In this document: piece by piece, positions 1-10,895 of the stretch
How positions within the stretch are numbered: the first letter of the stretch is position 1
How the letters are laid out: the number at the start of each line of letters is the position of its first letter
The notes under the pieces: model-generated
Databases searched by the model: none
Seen by the model: only the letters and a program-made list of their open reading frames with translations
Told to the model about the DNA's origin: nothing
Made by a program: the position numbers and the translations under genes
From: an uncultured delta proteobacterium
GTDB lineage: Bacteria > Desulfobacterota > Binatia > Binatales > Binataceae
Direction: 5' to 3'
NCBI GenBank assembly: GCA_963782535.1
Contig: CAWAKE010000009.1
Location: 408,610 to 472,609 of the forward strand
Length of the DNA stretch: 64,000 nucleotides

Positions 1-953
1 CGCGCGAAGATCGCCTCGATTTCTTGCATATCGGCGTCCGAGATGGACCAGCCCAGGGCGCCGACGTTATCGTCAACCTCTTTGGGATTGCGGCAGCCGA
101 CCAGCGCGGTGCTGACGATGGGATTGGAGAGCGTCCAGCGCAGGGCGAATTGCGGCAGGGATTTGCCGTAGCGTTTGGCCATCGCTTTGAGTTCTTCGAT
201 GGCGCGCAAATTCTTGAGGAAATGATTGGGGCCGAAGAGATGCTGGAAGAGATTGAGGTTGAGCAGTTGGCCGCCCTTGGAGCGCCAGTCGCCCTTGTCA
301 AAGGTCATTTCCTCGTTGAAGGTCCCGGTAAGCATCCCGTAGGCGAGCGACCCGTAGGCCATCACGCCGATATTATTTTCGCGACAATACGGGAAGATCT
401 CCTTCTGCATGCGGCGATCGAACATGTTCCAGCAATACTGGACGACGTCGACGCGGCGGGCCTTCATACAGATTTCGATTTCGTCGAGCTTGAAGTTGGA
501 GAGGCCGACCGCGCGGGCCTTGCCTTGTTTGACAATGTCGTCGAGCGCGCGCATCGGCTCCTCGAACGGCATGCTGCGGTCGGGCCAATGGATGAGGTAA
601 ACGTCGACGTGATCGGTTTGGAGCGCTTTGAGGCTGTTTTCGATCGACTCCATCACGCGCTTGCGGCTGCTGTCGCGATAGTTGGTTGCCTTGGGATAGC
701 CGACGCCAAACTTGGTCGTGATAATGGCTTCCTTGCGGCGCGCGCCGAGGGCCTTGGCGAGTGATTTTTCGGAGGCGCCGAAGCCGTAAGCCTCGGCGGT
801 ATCAAAGCTGTTGATCCCGACGTCAAGGGCGCGGTTGATCGCCTTGATGAATTCGGTTTCTTCGATGCTGCCGTAGCCGCCGCCAATCTCCCAGCAGCCG
901 AAGCCCATCGCTGAAATTTCAATACCGGTTTGGCCGAAATGGCGATACTCCAT
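1..953 (-). CDS. Aldo/keto reductase (3' end runs off the window)
   Basis: Absent from the ORF track because it has no stop in the window. Manual translation from ATG at 953 (GGAGG RBS upstream): MEYRHFGQTGIEISAMGFGCWEIGGGYG...GINSFDTAEAYGFGASEKSLAKAL, a typical AKR N-terminus. Confidence 0.9.
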   Translation of the reverse strand, partial: MEYRHFGQTGIEISAMGFGCWEIGGGYGSIEETEFIKAINRALDVGINSFDTAEAYGFGASEKSLAKALGARRKEAIITTKFGVGYPKATNYRDSSRKRVMESIENSLKALQTDHVDVYLIHWPDRSMPFEEPMRALDDIVKQGKARAVGLSNFKLDEIEICMKARRVDVVQYCWNMFDRRMQKEIFPYCRENNIGVMAYGSLAYGMLTGTFNEEMTFDKGDWRSKGGQLLNLNLFQHLFGPNHFLKNLRAIEELKAMAKRYGKSLPQFALRWTLSNPIVSTALVGCRNPKEVDDNVGALGWSISDADMQEIEAIFA

Positions 954-1208
954 CTTTACCCGCCTCCAGAGCTTGAGCTGGCCGCATCCGGTGGAACTGC
1001 GCGGGAGCGACCACATGTACTGTACCGCCATATGCCGCCAATCTGCAAAGCACGCGGACGACGCGCGAGATTGCAGCCGGCGGCGCGATCGCGGGGTAAC
1101 GGCTACGGCGCTGGACCGGCGGCGTCGGAGCGAAGATATAGCAATAGAAGCCGACGAAAAATGGCGGTCCATGCTCAAGCAGACGCTGAGCTGAACTACC
1201 TTGTCCGG

Positions 1209-3062
1209 TTACCTCGGGATTACGGGGAGGAGGACGCAGGAGGCCATATCGTTTTGATGAAATACGGTCTGACGCGCTGAGATTCCTTTGGTCCCTTCGC
1301 CAAACGGTTCGCCGGTATTGAGGTTGCGGTCGAAGCGCGGGAAGTTGCTCGAACTGATTTCGAGGCGGATACGGTGGCCCGGTTGAAAGAGATTACTGGT
1401 GGCCCACAAATCGATCGTGAACAGATAGGGCTTACCGGGTTCCATCAAAGCGGGCGCGCTCGCAGAGTCGCGATAGCGGGCGCGCAGGATACCGTCGACG
1501 AGATTTTGCGCATAGCCACTCGGATGAACGTCCACGAGCTTTGCAGTGAAGTCGGTATCTACCGCCGAAGAAGATGCCCATAGTGCGACAGACACGGGTC
1601 CGGTGACCTCGAGCGGCTGTTCGAGCGGCTCGGAGGTGTACACCAGTACGTCCTTGCGCTCCTCGACCGGACGTTGATCCTGGACGCCCATATCAATCGC
1701 CAGATTGTTCCCGCCCAGCGATGGCACCGGGTCGTCGGGATCGTAGGTGTAGGCATCCGCCTGTTCGCGGTCGGGCGGCACTGTGGAGAGCGTCCCGTCG
1801 CCATTCAAGGCATTGGCGCCCTTATGGCTGTGGAGGTAATAACGGACGTGGCGCATATTGGGAGGCGGCCAGTCGGAAAGTTTTTGCCAGCGATTCGCGC
1901 CCAGCGTAAAGACGGTAACGGGGGCGTCGTCGATTACGCCATTGTCGATATCCTTGAGCCAGTAATCGAACCAGCGCAACAGAGTTTCGTTGAGGTCGAT
2001 CAGCGCAGCCGGTCCAAAATCAATATCGCCGGTACCGCGCGAACTGGGTATATTGTAGGGGAGCAGATGGCCCCAAGGCCCTATAATAAGCCGCTGGCCG
2101 TTTCGCGCATTTTCGAACCTGCTATTGTCCTTGATGCTGCGATACGCGCGCTGCCCACCTTCACCAAAAATGTCGTACCATGAAGTGACGTGCAGCATCG
2201 GTACGTTAACGCTCTCCGCATGCCGGTTGACGTTGGCGCGATACCAGTACTCGCCGTCATCGGCGTGGGCGATGTGATCGGCAAGATATGGCGCAGTCTC
2301 CTTGAGGAGCCCGACCCAGTCCTTGATAGGAAGATGGCGATACCATTCGTCGGTGAGCGGAGTGAAGGCGTTGAGGCCGAAGCGAGTCTGCCGAATAATC
2401 GGAAACGCGCCACCTTCAACATACTGTTTGACCTTTTCGAACAGGTCGTTGCGCTTCGCACGCTTCAGAGTGTTGAGTCCCTTGAAGATCGCATAAGGAA
2501 TCATCCAGCCCCACAGGGAAGCGCCGCCGGTGTGATAAATCCAGCTTGCGTGGTAGTCCGAGGAAGCCGAAACGGGCGCCATCGCCTGCAGGGAGGGCGG
2601 CATCGGATCGTTACAGGCGATCATGTATTGAGTGAGGCCGAGATAGGACTGGCCGGTGGTGCCTACACGGCCATTTGACCATGGGAGCCGCGCTGCCCAC
2701 TCCACGGCGTCGTACCCGTCGGCTATCTCCTGGAAGATCGTGTCGTACTCACCTTCGGACTCGAAGCGGCCGCGACAGTCCTGCGTGATGGATACATAGC
2801 CGTAACGGGCGAAGAGGTAAGTCGGGCCGTTGGGATCGTCGGTACCCTTCTTATTGTAAGGCGTGCGGCTGAGGAGTACCGGAAAGCGCCCGGGCGCATC
2901 CGGACGTACTACATCCGCGTAAAGTGTGATTCCATCCCGGGTCTTCATCGGGATGCTTTTTTCGGTGGCGATTTTGTAGGTTTTACGCGCCGGAATAATC
3001 ACGTCGGCCTCCGCAGAAGTAGCACTAGTTGCACGTGTCAACCCGTTCCCGCGCGTACCCAA
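1209..3062 (-). CDS. CocE/NonD family hydrolase (X-Pro dipeptidyl-peptidase-like S15)
   Basis: IPMKTRDGITLYADV, RTPYNK, QDCRGRFESEG, nucleophile motif GQSYLG, C-terminal ISSSNFPRFDRNLNTG. Confidence 0.92.
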   Translation of the reverse strand: MGTRGNGLTRATSATSAEADVIIPARKTYKIATEKSIPMKTRDGITLYADVVRPDAPGRFPVLLSRTPYNKKGTDDPNGPTYLFARYGYVSITQDCRGRFESEGEYDTIFQEIADGYDAVEWAARLPWSNGRVGTTGQSYLGLTQYMIACNDPMPPSLQAMAPVSASSDYHASWIYHTGGASLWGWMIPYAIFKGLNTLKRAKRNDLFEKVKQYVEGGAFPIIRQTRFGLNAFTPLTDEWYRHLPIKDWVGLLKETAPYLADHIAHADDGEYWYRANVNRHAESVNVPMLHVTSWYDIFGEGGQRAYRSIKDNSRFENARNGQRLIIGPWGHLLPYNIPSSRGTGDIDFGPAALIDLNETLLRWFDYWLKDIDNGVIDDAPVTVFTLGANRWQKLSDWPPPNMRHVRYYLHSHKGANALNGDGTLSTVPPDREQADAYTYDPDDPVPSLGGNNLAIDMGVQDQRPVEERKDVLVYTSEPLEQPLEVTGPVSVALWASSSAVDTDFTAKLVDVHPSGYAQNLVDGILRARYRDSASAPALMEPGKPYLFTIDLWATSNLFQPGHRIRLEISSSNFPRFDRNLNTGEPFGEGTKGISARQTVFHQNDMASCVLLPVIPR

Positions 3063-3227
3063 GCAATAACGCCGGGATAGTCAATGCGCGTAAGATATTT
3101 CGCGCACCCGTGCATAGCGCCACCAACGGTCGCTCAAATAAACCGTGTCGTCAAGCCGAAGCGCGAACGTTTGGTTTCAGGAGGCCGGATTTTTTAGAGG
3201 CCGCGCGAAGGCGAAGCAGCGCCGTCC

Positions 3228-5486
3228 TCAGGCTGTTGGCGCCTCGAGCCACAAAACTGCAAGCGGCGGCAACACCAGAGTCAGTGAAAATGGAAAGCCA
3301 TGAGACGGGGAGGGATCGGCCCAGACGCCGCCGGCATTGCCCTTATTGCTGCCGCCGTATATCTCGGCGTCCGTGTTAAGAAGCTCCTTATAATAGCCAC
3401 CCGTCGGAACCCCGAGGCGATAGCTGGTCCTGACGACTGGCGAGAAGTTGCAGATGCAGACGATCTTAAGGCCGCTCGCGGGTGCTATACGGATGAAGGC
3501 GATGACATTTTCATCCGAGTTGTTCGCGTCGATCCATTGAAAGCCACGAGGATCGCAGTCGCCTTCGTGCAGCGCGCGCTCGCTGCGGTAAAGGCGGTTC
3601 AAGTCGCGTACCAGAGTCTGCACTCCGCGATGTTCGGAGCCGTCGTCGTCGAGCAGATGCCAGTCGAGGCTGGAGTCGTGATTCCATTCGTTCCACTGGC
3701 CGAACTCACTGCCCATAAACAGCATTTTCTTGCCCGAGCGCGCCCACATGTAACCATAGAGCGAGCGCAGGTTAGCGAACTGTTGCCAGCGATCCCCGGG
3801 CATCTTCGAAAGCAGCGATCGTTTGCCGTACACTACTTCGTCGTGCGAGATGGGCAGCACAAAGTTTTCGGTCCACGCATAGAGCAGGCCGAAGGTGAGA
3901 TCGCGGTGATGAAAGCGGCGATGAACGGGTTCCTTGGAGAAATATTCGAGCGTGTCGTGCATCCAGCCCATGTCCCATTTGAGACCGAAGCCGAGACCGC
4001 CGACATAGTTCGGTCGGCTGACTGCCGGCCATGCGGTGGATTCTTCGGCGATCATCATGACCCCGGGATGGTGTGCGTAGATGCGCTCATTGAGCATTCG
4101 GATGAAGGAAACCGCGTCAAGGTTTTCACGACCGCCATAAATATTCGGAATCCATTGGCCGGGGTTGCGCGCGTAGTCGAGATAGAGCATCGAGGAAACC
4201 GCGTCGACCCGGATGCCATCGGCATGGAACTCGGATAGCCAGTAGTTTGCGCTCGAGAGGAGAAAGGCGCGGACTTCATTGCGGCCAAAGTTGAATACGT
4301 AGGTATCCCACTCGGGGTGATGGCCGAGGCGTGGGTCGAGGTGTTCATAGAGCGCTGTGCCATCGAAGCGGCCGAGGCTCCAGGCGTCGGTCGGGAAGTG
4401 AGCCGGAACCCAGTCCAGAATCACGCCGAGGCCGCGGCGATGAAAATGATCGACGAGATAGCGAAAGTCGTCGGGAGAACCGAAACGCGAGGTCGGCGCG
4501 AAATAGCCTGTTGTCTGGTAGCCCCAGGAGCCGGCGAAAGGGTGTTCCATAACCGGCATGAATTCAGCATGAGTGAAGCCCATATCAATCAGGTAATCAC
4601 CCAGCTGATGAGCCAATTCGCGATAGCTGAGAGAGCGATTTCCGTCCTCGGGAGCGCGGCGCCATGAGCCCGGATGGACTTCGTAAATCGAGATTGCTGA
4701 GCGCAGCGGATCGAATTTACCACGCGCGTCAATCCATTCGCCATCTGTGAATGAAGTGGACGCGCGATCCACCAGGGATGCGGTTCGAGGCGGAATTTCG
4801 GCCGCAGTTGCGAATGGATCGGCCTTCAGCATGATGGCATCGCCGCGGGTGTGAATCTCATACTTATAAAGCACGCCGGGGGCGAGGTCGGGAATGAAGA
4901 TTTCCCAAATGCCGGACGGACCGAGCGTGCGCATCATATGCAGTCTGCCGTCCCAGTTGTTGAAATCGCCGACGACGCTGACGCCGGCGGCGTTGGGCGC
5001 CCAAACCGCAAATGCTATTCCGTCAATTCCATCGATCGAGAATTGGCGCGCACCGAGCCGTTCCCAGGCGCGCTCGTGGCTGCCCTCGGCCCAAAGATGG
5101 AGGTCGAGATCGCCGAGCGAGGGCATGAAGGCGTACGGTTGGCGGATCGTGACTACGACGCCGTCAGGATAGTGGACCTCAAGGCGATAGTGGAAAATCT
5201 TCCGACGGTCTTCCAGCAGCAAATCGAAAAGACCGCTTTGGTGCCGCACCATCGGACGGCGGTCGCCATCGTCGATGACCAGGAATACTGCTTCGGCGTC
5301 GGGGCGAAAGGCGCGAACAATCATTCCGCGCTCGGTCGGATGGATGCCGAGGATCGAGTGAGGATCCTGATGACGCAGGGCGAGCAGGCGCGCAACTTCG
5401 TCGGGTTCGATCCCTGCGATTTCCGGCTTGGTCTTGACCATAGAATCGGGCTCTCGGGCATCGGGAGTGACAGAGCGGCCTTTCAT
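3228..5486 (-). CDS. glgB: 1,4-alpha-glucan branching enzyme
   Basis: FAVWAPNA, IYEVHPGSW, SWGYQTTGYFAPTSRFG, DGIRVDAVSSMLY, AEESTAWP, LPISHDEVV. Confidence 0.97.
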   Translation of the reverse strand: MKGRSVTPDAREPDSMVKTKPEIAGIEPDEVARLLALRHQDPHSILGIHPTERGMIVRAFRPDAEAVFLVIDDGDRRPMVRHQSGLFDLLLEDRRKIFHYRLEVHYPDGVVVTIRQPYAFMPSLGDLDLHLWAEGSHERAWERLGARQFSIDGIDGIAFAVWAPNAAGVSVVGDFNNWDGRLHMMRTLGPSGIWEIFIPDLAPGVLYKYEIHTRGDAIMLKADPFATAAEIPPRTASLVDRASTSFTDGEWIDARGKFDPLRSAISIYEVHPGSWRRAPEDGNRSLSYRELAHQLGDYLIDMGFTHAEFMPVMEHPFAGSWGYQTTGYFAPTSRFGSPDDFRYLVDHFHRRGLGVILDWVPAHFPTDAWSLGRFDGTALYEHLDPRLGHHPEWDTYVFNFGRNEVRAFLLSSANYWLSEFHADGIRVDAVSSMLYLDYARNPGQWIPNIYGGRENLDAVSFIRMLNERIYAHHPGVMMIAEESTAWPAVSRPNYVGGLGFGLKWDMGWMHDTLEYFSKEPVHRRFHHRDLTFGLLYAWTENFVLPISHDEVVYGKRSLLSKMPGDRWQQFANLRSLYGYMWARSGKKMLFMGSEFGQWNEWNHDSSLDWHLLDDDGSEHRGVQTLVRDLNRLYRSERALHEGDCDPRGFQWIDANNSDENVIAFIRIAPASGLKIVCICNFSPVVRTSYRLGVPTGGYYKELLNTDAEIYGGSNKGNAGGVWADPSPSHGFPFSLTLVLPPLAVLWLEAPTA

Positions 5487-5550
5487 AATTCACCATTTGC
5501 AAATAGCAATTCAGGGGTTTCAGAATAGCTACATGCGGTTCGATTCGTCG

Positions 5551-8500
5551 TCATTCCGAATCAGTTGCCTCAATTCCAAGCAATTGCTCGATGCCGGCGA
5601 TCGGCACGCGGAGCCAATCCGGACGATTATTCAGTTCATACCCCAGTTCGTAGACTGCTTTTTCCATTTGGAATGCATTCAGCAGAATCCGCATCTCCTC
5701 GAGACTCCTGGAAATGAAAGGCGCGTCGCCGGCAGTGATTGTGTATTCCTTGAGAAACGCCCAAGATGACCAGGTTTGCCACAAATGCGCCCAAGCGGTG
5801 AGGCGACTACTGTCGGTCGCGGTCATGGGGCCACGTTCAATTTGCACTGCCTTGGCGGCATAGACGGCATAGGAAAACGAACGCAGCATTCCGGCGACAT
5901 CTCGCAAGGCGCAGCGTTTCCGCCGGCGCTCGGGGAGCGAATGCGCGGGCTCGCCCTCGAAGTCAATGATGACAAAGTCCTTACCGGCGTTGAGAATTTG
6001 GCCGAGGTGGAGGTCTCCGTGCGTACGCATTCTGACCGCGGTCACCCGTCGTTTGAGAAAGGCTTCGAAGCACGCAGTAATGCGAGCCTGATACGCAGGC
6101 AGACGATTGGCCAACTCGCGAACTTCTGCGGGGAGGGCTGCAAGACGACCTTCGACCTGCCGCATTACTGCGCCCTGAAGGTTTCGCATCGATTGATAGG
6201 CTGATCGTTGGTAGAGGTTGGTGTACGGTTCAGGTGCAAAGTCCGCGTCGTCGGAATCCGAACTCAGTGCCAGATGGAGTTCGGCGACGCGCCGACCCAT
6301 CAGCCTGGCGGCCTCGAGATAGGGACCGATCCGTTCGTGATTTTGATGATCGGGTCCATCCGACGCGAGCAGATCGATGAGGTCGCCGGCCGGGATGACG
6401 GGACTCGCATTAGGCTCGGCGGCTACGCGTTCGAAATAGAATTCCAGTTCGTGCAGAGTGAAATCCCAGGCGTCACCATGATTTTGTACAAAACCCTGAA
6501 GGATTCCCAGCGTGCGCGGCTCGGCGCGTCCGATAGTGTATTCGAGCGAGCCCGCGACCGGAGCCAGACTCGCAAATGAATGCTCAGTGAGAAAGCGACC
6601 GACTTCGAGATCGGGATTGACACCGGGATCGAGGCGGCGAAAGAGTTTCAAGATCAACCGGTCGCCGAATATGATGGAGGTGTTACTCTGCTCGGCGCGC
6701 AATACCCGCGGTTCGCAAGCCTCGTCGCGGCTGCCGCGCAGGTCGCGATATCGCGGAGTTGGCGTGGCATGGACCTCGCCAGAGCGGCTCTTGAACCGAC
6801 GCCGGCGATCCATACTGTCGAGCAATGCCAGAGCTAGCGCCGGATCAGTCAAGGCGTCGTATAGAACGCCGGGGACATTGCCGCCGTCGCCGTCGTGATT
6901 GACTTGGGCAATTATGCGATCGTGCGTGCGTTCGTTGATTTCGCGGGCCTTATCACCGATCGCCAATGCAATCGGCAATACGTAGATTTCCGCTTCGCCA
7001 TCGGTAAATTCGACGTTGACCAGTAAAATGCGGGCGTCACCCTCGAAATTCGGCAGGGCGATCGTATCGGTTATTTTGGCCGATTTAATCTTGCGCGCCT
7101 TGCTGCGGAACCACCGGCATTGAGGCATATACTGAACAAGAATCGATTCAAGGTTCGCACGCGAGGCGCCACTGAGAAATGCATCGAACGAGTTGCGCAT
7201 TGTCAACGTTCCCGGCTCGTAGACGGGAACGCCGGATGCAGCGCCAGTGCGCGGAGATTCAACGGAAAACCACAGGAACATATGTGGACCGAGGGTGAAC
7301 AGATAGGGCAGATCGCCGATTGGCGGAAAGGGATTTCGTCCGAACAATTCGATCGGGACCATTCCCTTCAACTCCGCCAGGTTCAGTTCGACGAACTGGA
7401 CGAACCGGGAGAGGTTGGCAACTATCAGCACCCGCTCATCCATGTAAGTGCGAAAGTAGGCGATGACGTGAGGGTTTTCGGGGTGGAGGAATTCGATTGA
7501 GCCGCGACCGAAGGCCTTAAACTGCTTTCTCAATGCAATCATGCGGCGCATCCACCAGAGTAGTGAATGGTGATTACTCTCTTGCGCTTCGACGTTTACA
7601 GTCTGATAGTGGTATTCGTAGTCGATCACCACCGGTAGGATGAGACTCTGCGGATTAGCAGTTGAGAAACCGGCGTTACGGTCACTCGACCATTGCATCG
7701 GGGTGCGCACGCCGTCACGATCGCCGAGGAATATATTATCCCCCATTCCGATTTCGTCGCCGTAGTAGATAACCGGTGTGCCCGGCAATGAAAAGAGCAG
7801 CCCGACGTTAAGCTCGATTGCGCGCCGATGATTGCCGAGCAACGGGGAGAGTCGGCGCCTGATCCCGAGATTGAGCCGCATGCGCCCATCTTGCGCATAG
7901 GCGCGATACATATAATCACGCTCCTGGTCGGTGACCATCTTGAGCGTGAGCTCGTCGTGATTGCGCAGGAACAGCGCCCATTGGCAGGTTTCGCCGATCG
8001 CGGGCGTTTGCGCCCAGATGTCGGTGATAGGAAAACGATCCTCCATCCGCACCGCCATAAACATTCGCGGCATCAGAGGGAAATGAAACGCCATATGGCA
8101 TTCCTCGCCTTCCGCCAGATACGAAACGGCGTCCTCGGGCCACTGATTTGCTTCGGCCAGAAGCATCCGATTAGGAAAGTGGCGATCGACGTGATGACGC
8201 AGTTCAGTCAGGAACGCATGGGTTTCAGGGAGATTCTCACAAGTCGTGCCCTCGCGTTCGAATAGATAGGGCACGGCGTCGAGGCGGAGGCCGTCAACTC
8301 CCATGCGAAGCCAGAAATCGACAACCTCGAGCATCGCCTTGCGCACGGCTGGATTGTCGAAGTTCAAGTCCGGCTGATGGCTGAAGAAGCGATGCCAGTA
8401 ATATGCCTTGGCAACGGGGTCCCATGACCAGTTCGACAGTTCGGAGTCCTGAAAGATAATGCGCGCTTCCCGATACTTGTCCGATGTGTCGTTCCAGACA

Positions 8501-8922
8501 TAAAACTCGCGCTCTACACTCTCCGGAGCCGCGCGGCGCGCTCGTTGAAACCATGGATGCTGATCGGAGGTGTGATTCAACACCAGCTCAGTGATTACAT
8601 AGAGACCGCGGCGATGGGCCTCTTTGAGAAAGGCACGAAAATCTTGCAAAGTGCCGCAATCAGGGTGGACATCCATGTAGTCTGAAATGTCATAGCCGTC
8701 ATCCCGCTGGGGCGAAGGATAGAACGGCAACAGCCACAACGCCGTGACGCCCAGGTGCTGGAGATAATCAAGCTTTTCCGTGAGGCCGCCAAAATCGCCG
8801 ATACCGTCGCCGCCGGTATCATAAAAGGAGCGTACACGAACTTCATAAATGATCGCATCCTTATACCACTGAGGATCGTCGGCAAGTCCGCGGGCAGCTG
8901 AGTTGGAGTGACGTTTCTTCAT
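5551..8922 (-). CDS. treS: Trehalose synthase fused to maltokinase (TreS-Mak/Pep2)
   Basis: WYKDAIIYE, DGLRLDAVPYL, FLRNHDELTL; C-terminal kinase EQSNTS, HGDLHLGQ, IIDFEGEP. Start placed at ATG 8922 (ATGA overlap with the glgE stop) rather than 8997. Confidence 0.95.
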   Translation of the reverse strand: MKKRHSNSAARGLADDPQWYKDAIIYEVRVRSFYDTGGDGIGDFGGLTEKLDYLQHLGVTALWLLPFYPSPQRDDGYDISDYMDVHPDCGTLQDFRAFLKEAHRRGLYVITELVLNHTSDQHPWFQRARRAAPESVEREFYVWNDTSDKYREARIIFQDSELSNWSWDPVAKAYYWHRFFSHQPDLNFDNPAVRKAMLEVVDFWLRMGVDGLRLDAVPYLFEREGTTCENLPETHAFLTELRHHVDRHFPNRMLLAEANQWPEDAVSYLAEGEECHMAFHFPLMPRMFMAVRMEDRFPITDIWAQTPAIGETCQWALFLRNHDELTLKMVTDQERDYMYRAYAQDGRMRLNLGIRRRLSPLLGNHRRAIELNVGLLFSLPGTPVIYYGDEIGMGDNIFLGDRDGVRTPMQWSSDRNAGFSTANPQSLILPVVIDYEYHYQTVNVEAQESNHHSLLWWMRRMIALRKQFKAFGRGSIEFLHPENPHVIAYFRTYMDERVLIVANLSRFVQFVELNLAELKGMVPIELFGRNPFPPIGDLPYLFTLGPHMFLWFSVESPRTGAASGVPVYEPGTLTMRNSFDAFLSGASRANLESILVQYMPQCRWFRSKARKIKSAKITDTIALPNFEGDARILLVNVEFTDGEAEIYVLPIALAIGDKAREINERTHDRIIAQVNHDGDGGNVPGVLYDALTDPALALALLDSMDRRRRFKSRSGEVHATPTPRYRDLRGSRDEACEPRVLRAEQSNTSIIFGDRLILKLFRRLDPGVNPDLEVGRFLTEHSFASLAPVAGSLEYTIGRAEPRTLGILQGFVQNHGDAWDFTLHELEFYFERVAAEPNASPVIPAGDLIDLLASDGPDHQNHERIGPYLEAARLMGRRVAELHLALSSDSDDADFAPEPYTNLYQRSAYQSMRNLQGAVMRQVEGRLAALPAEVRELANRLPAYQARITACFEAFLKRRVTAVRMRTHGDLHLGQILNAGKDFVIIDFEGEPAHSLPERRRKRCALRDVAGMLRSFSYAVYAAKAVQIERGPMTATDSSRLTAWAHLWQTWSSWAFLKEYTITAGDAPFISRSLEEMRILLNAFQMEKAVYELGYELNNRPDWLRVPIAGIEQLLGIEATDSE

Positions 8923-10895
8923 GACCTCGGCTCGATGCGCAAAATGTGTGCAGGTTCGATTTGCGGATCCAAACGAATGTAATTGCTGTCGCCCCACTCG
9001 TAGCGTGCGCCGGTTAGCAGATCGGTCACCTGGTAGCGTTGGCCTGGCGCGACACCAATCGCGTCGGCGGCGAGGAAGGCCGTGCAGTGATGCGGATTAT
9101 GCGGGTCGAGATTGACAGCGGTCAAAATAACATTAGTGCGATCGGCGGAGGCTTTCGAGTACAGGATTATCTGTTCGTTATCGGTGGTGTGGAAGCGGAG
9201 GTTCGCGAACTGTTGAAGTGCCGGGTTGCCACGCCGAATTGCGTTGAGATGCGCGATGAACTCACGAATGTTGGGCTCCCGGTTCGGATCGCGAGTTTTA
9301 ATTTCATATTTCTCGGAGTTCAAGTAATCTTCGGTGCCGGGAATCGCTTCGTTTTCGCAAAACTCGTAGCCGCTGTAAATTCCGTACGAAGGTGACAGCG
9401 TAGCCGCCAGTACGAGCCGGCTTTTAAAGGCGGGCTGGCCGCCATTCTGAAGGATTGGTGGCAGAATGTCGGGTGTGTTCACGAAGAAATTGGGGCGGAA
9501 ATAATTGAGCATGTCGGGCTGCGTGAGTTCGGTCAGATACTCTGTCAATTCAGTCTTGGTATTGCGCCAGGTGAAGTAAGTATAGGACTGGGTAAACCCG
9601 GCTTTTGCCAGAACCTTCATCATCTTGGGGCGGGTGAAGGCTTCCGCAAGAAATATAGCTTCCGGATGCTTTTCCTGGACCGAATTCACCAGCCATTCCC
9701 AAAAGCTGACGGGCTTGGTATGAGGATTGTCTACGCGGAAGATGTTTACGCCATGCTCGATCCAGAATAGTACGACGCGGCGCAATTCCTCGACTAATCC
9801 CTTCTGATCGGGGGAATCGAAATTGATTGGATAGATATCCTGGTATTGCTTAGGTGGATTCTCGGCATATTTGATGCTGCCGTCCGGACGATGCCGAAAC
9901 CATTGCGGGTGTTCCGTTACCCAGGGGTGGTCGGGTGAACACTGGATCGCAAAATCCATGGCGATTTCGAGTCCGAGGCGTTTGGCGACCGCGACGAAGT
10001 GGTCGAAATCGGTCAGGGTGCCGAGTCTCGGCTCAATAGTCATATGCCCGCCGGCGGAACTTCCAATTGCCCATGGACTGCCAGGACTATCCGCTGCGGC
10101 GATCAGGGAATTGTTGGGACCCTTGCGAAAGGTAGTACCGATCGGATGGATTGGAGTGAGATACACTACGTCAAAGCCCATGTCCCTGATGTCGTTGAGC
10201 GAGGCCTCGGCTTCGCGCAGGGTGGCGTGATGGCCAGGCCGAGAGCTTTGGGAGCGAGGGAAAATTTCATACCACGCGCCGAAACGGGCTTGCGGCCGAT
10301 CGGCGATGATAGCTGACTTGCTTTCAAAAAGGACGGCGTCAGCGCGTTCTTCGTTCCGATCGACGGCGGCCTCAAGACCGGCCTCGGATACAATCGCGAC
10401 CGCGTCACGTTCCCGCGAACTGGTAAGTGCACGAAGCTGTGAGAGGCGGGCAGTGATCAGTGTTCGATCCGGGCCGGTGGCCCGCCGCTTAATGATTTCG
10501 AGCAACTCGATTCCCTCCGCGAGGTCAGCGGCAAGATCAAGTGCAGTCGCACTTTTTTTTAGAAAATACTGGCGCCACGAGGTGAAAGCGCGTGTCCAGG
10601 CTTCGATCGCAAAGGTGTACCGGGTGTTTTCGGCAAGCGGAAATTCGCCACGCCAGCGGTCGTTATCTATGTGTATCATCGGGGCTTCGTGGAACCCCTT
10701 GTCGCAGGTTCGCCGCCATTTTATGACCGCGGCCAATGCCGCCGGACCGTCGCCAAATATATCCGCCTCGACCATGCACGTTTCGCCGGCGATGCGTTTG
10801 ACTGGATAGCGTCCGCAATCGACGGTTGGGGTTGCCGCTTCGATAACGATATGTCCGAACGCCGGGGCCGACCTTGTGGATTTGCGCGGGCTCAT
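8919..10895 (-). CDS. glgE: Alpha-1,4-glucan:maltose-1-phosphate maltosyltransferase
   Basis: WYEIFPRS, GSPWAIGS, YAENPPKQYQDIYP, FRVDNPHTKP, FLAEAFTRP, GFTQSYTYFTWR. Confidence 0.96.
   Translation of the reverse strand: MSPRKSTRSAPAFGHIVIEAATPTVDCGRYPVKRIAGETCMVEADIFGDGPAALAAVIKWRRTCDKGFHEAPMIHIDNDRWRGEFPLAENTRYTFAIEAWTRAFTSWRQYFLKKSATALDLAADLAEGIELLEIIKRRATGPDRTLITARLSQLRALTSSRERDAVAIVSEAGLEAAVDRNEERADAVLFESKSAIIADRPQARFGAWYEIFPRSQSSRPGHHATLREAEASLNDIRDMGFDVVYLTPIHPIGTTFRKGPNNSLIAAADSPGSPWAIGSSAGGHMTIEPRLGTLTDFDHFVAVAKRLGLEIAMDFAIQCSPDHPWVTEHPQWFRHRPDGSIKYAENPPKQYQDIYPINFDSPDQKGLVEELRRVVLFWIEHGVNIFRVDNPHTKPVSFWEWLVNSVQEKHPEAIFLAEAFTRPKMMKVLAKAGFTQSYTYFTWRNTKTELTEYLTELTQPDMLNYFRPNFFVNTPDILPPILQNGGQPAFKSRLVLAATLSPSYGIYSGYEFCENEAIPGTEDYLNSEKYEIKTRDPNREPNIREFIAHLNAIRRGNPALQQFANLRFHTTDNEQIILYSKASADRTNVILTAVNLDPHNPHHCTAFLAADAIGVAPGQRYQVTDLLTGARYEWGDSNYIRLDPQIEPAHILRIEPRS

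Noticed and set aside
24-764. 246-aa plus-strand ORF
   Set aside because: Antisense shadow of the minus-strand aldo/keto reductase.
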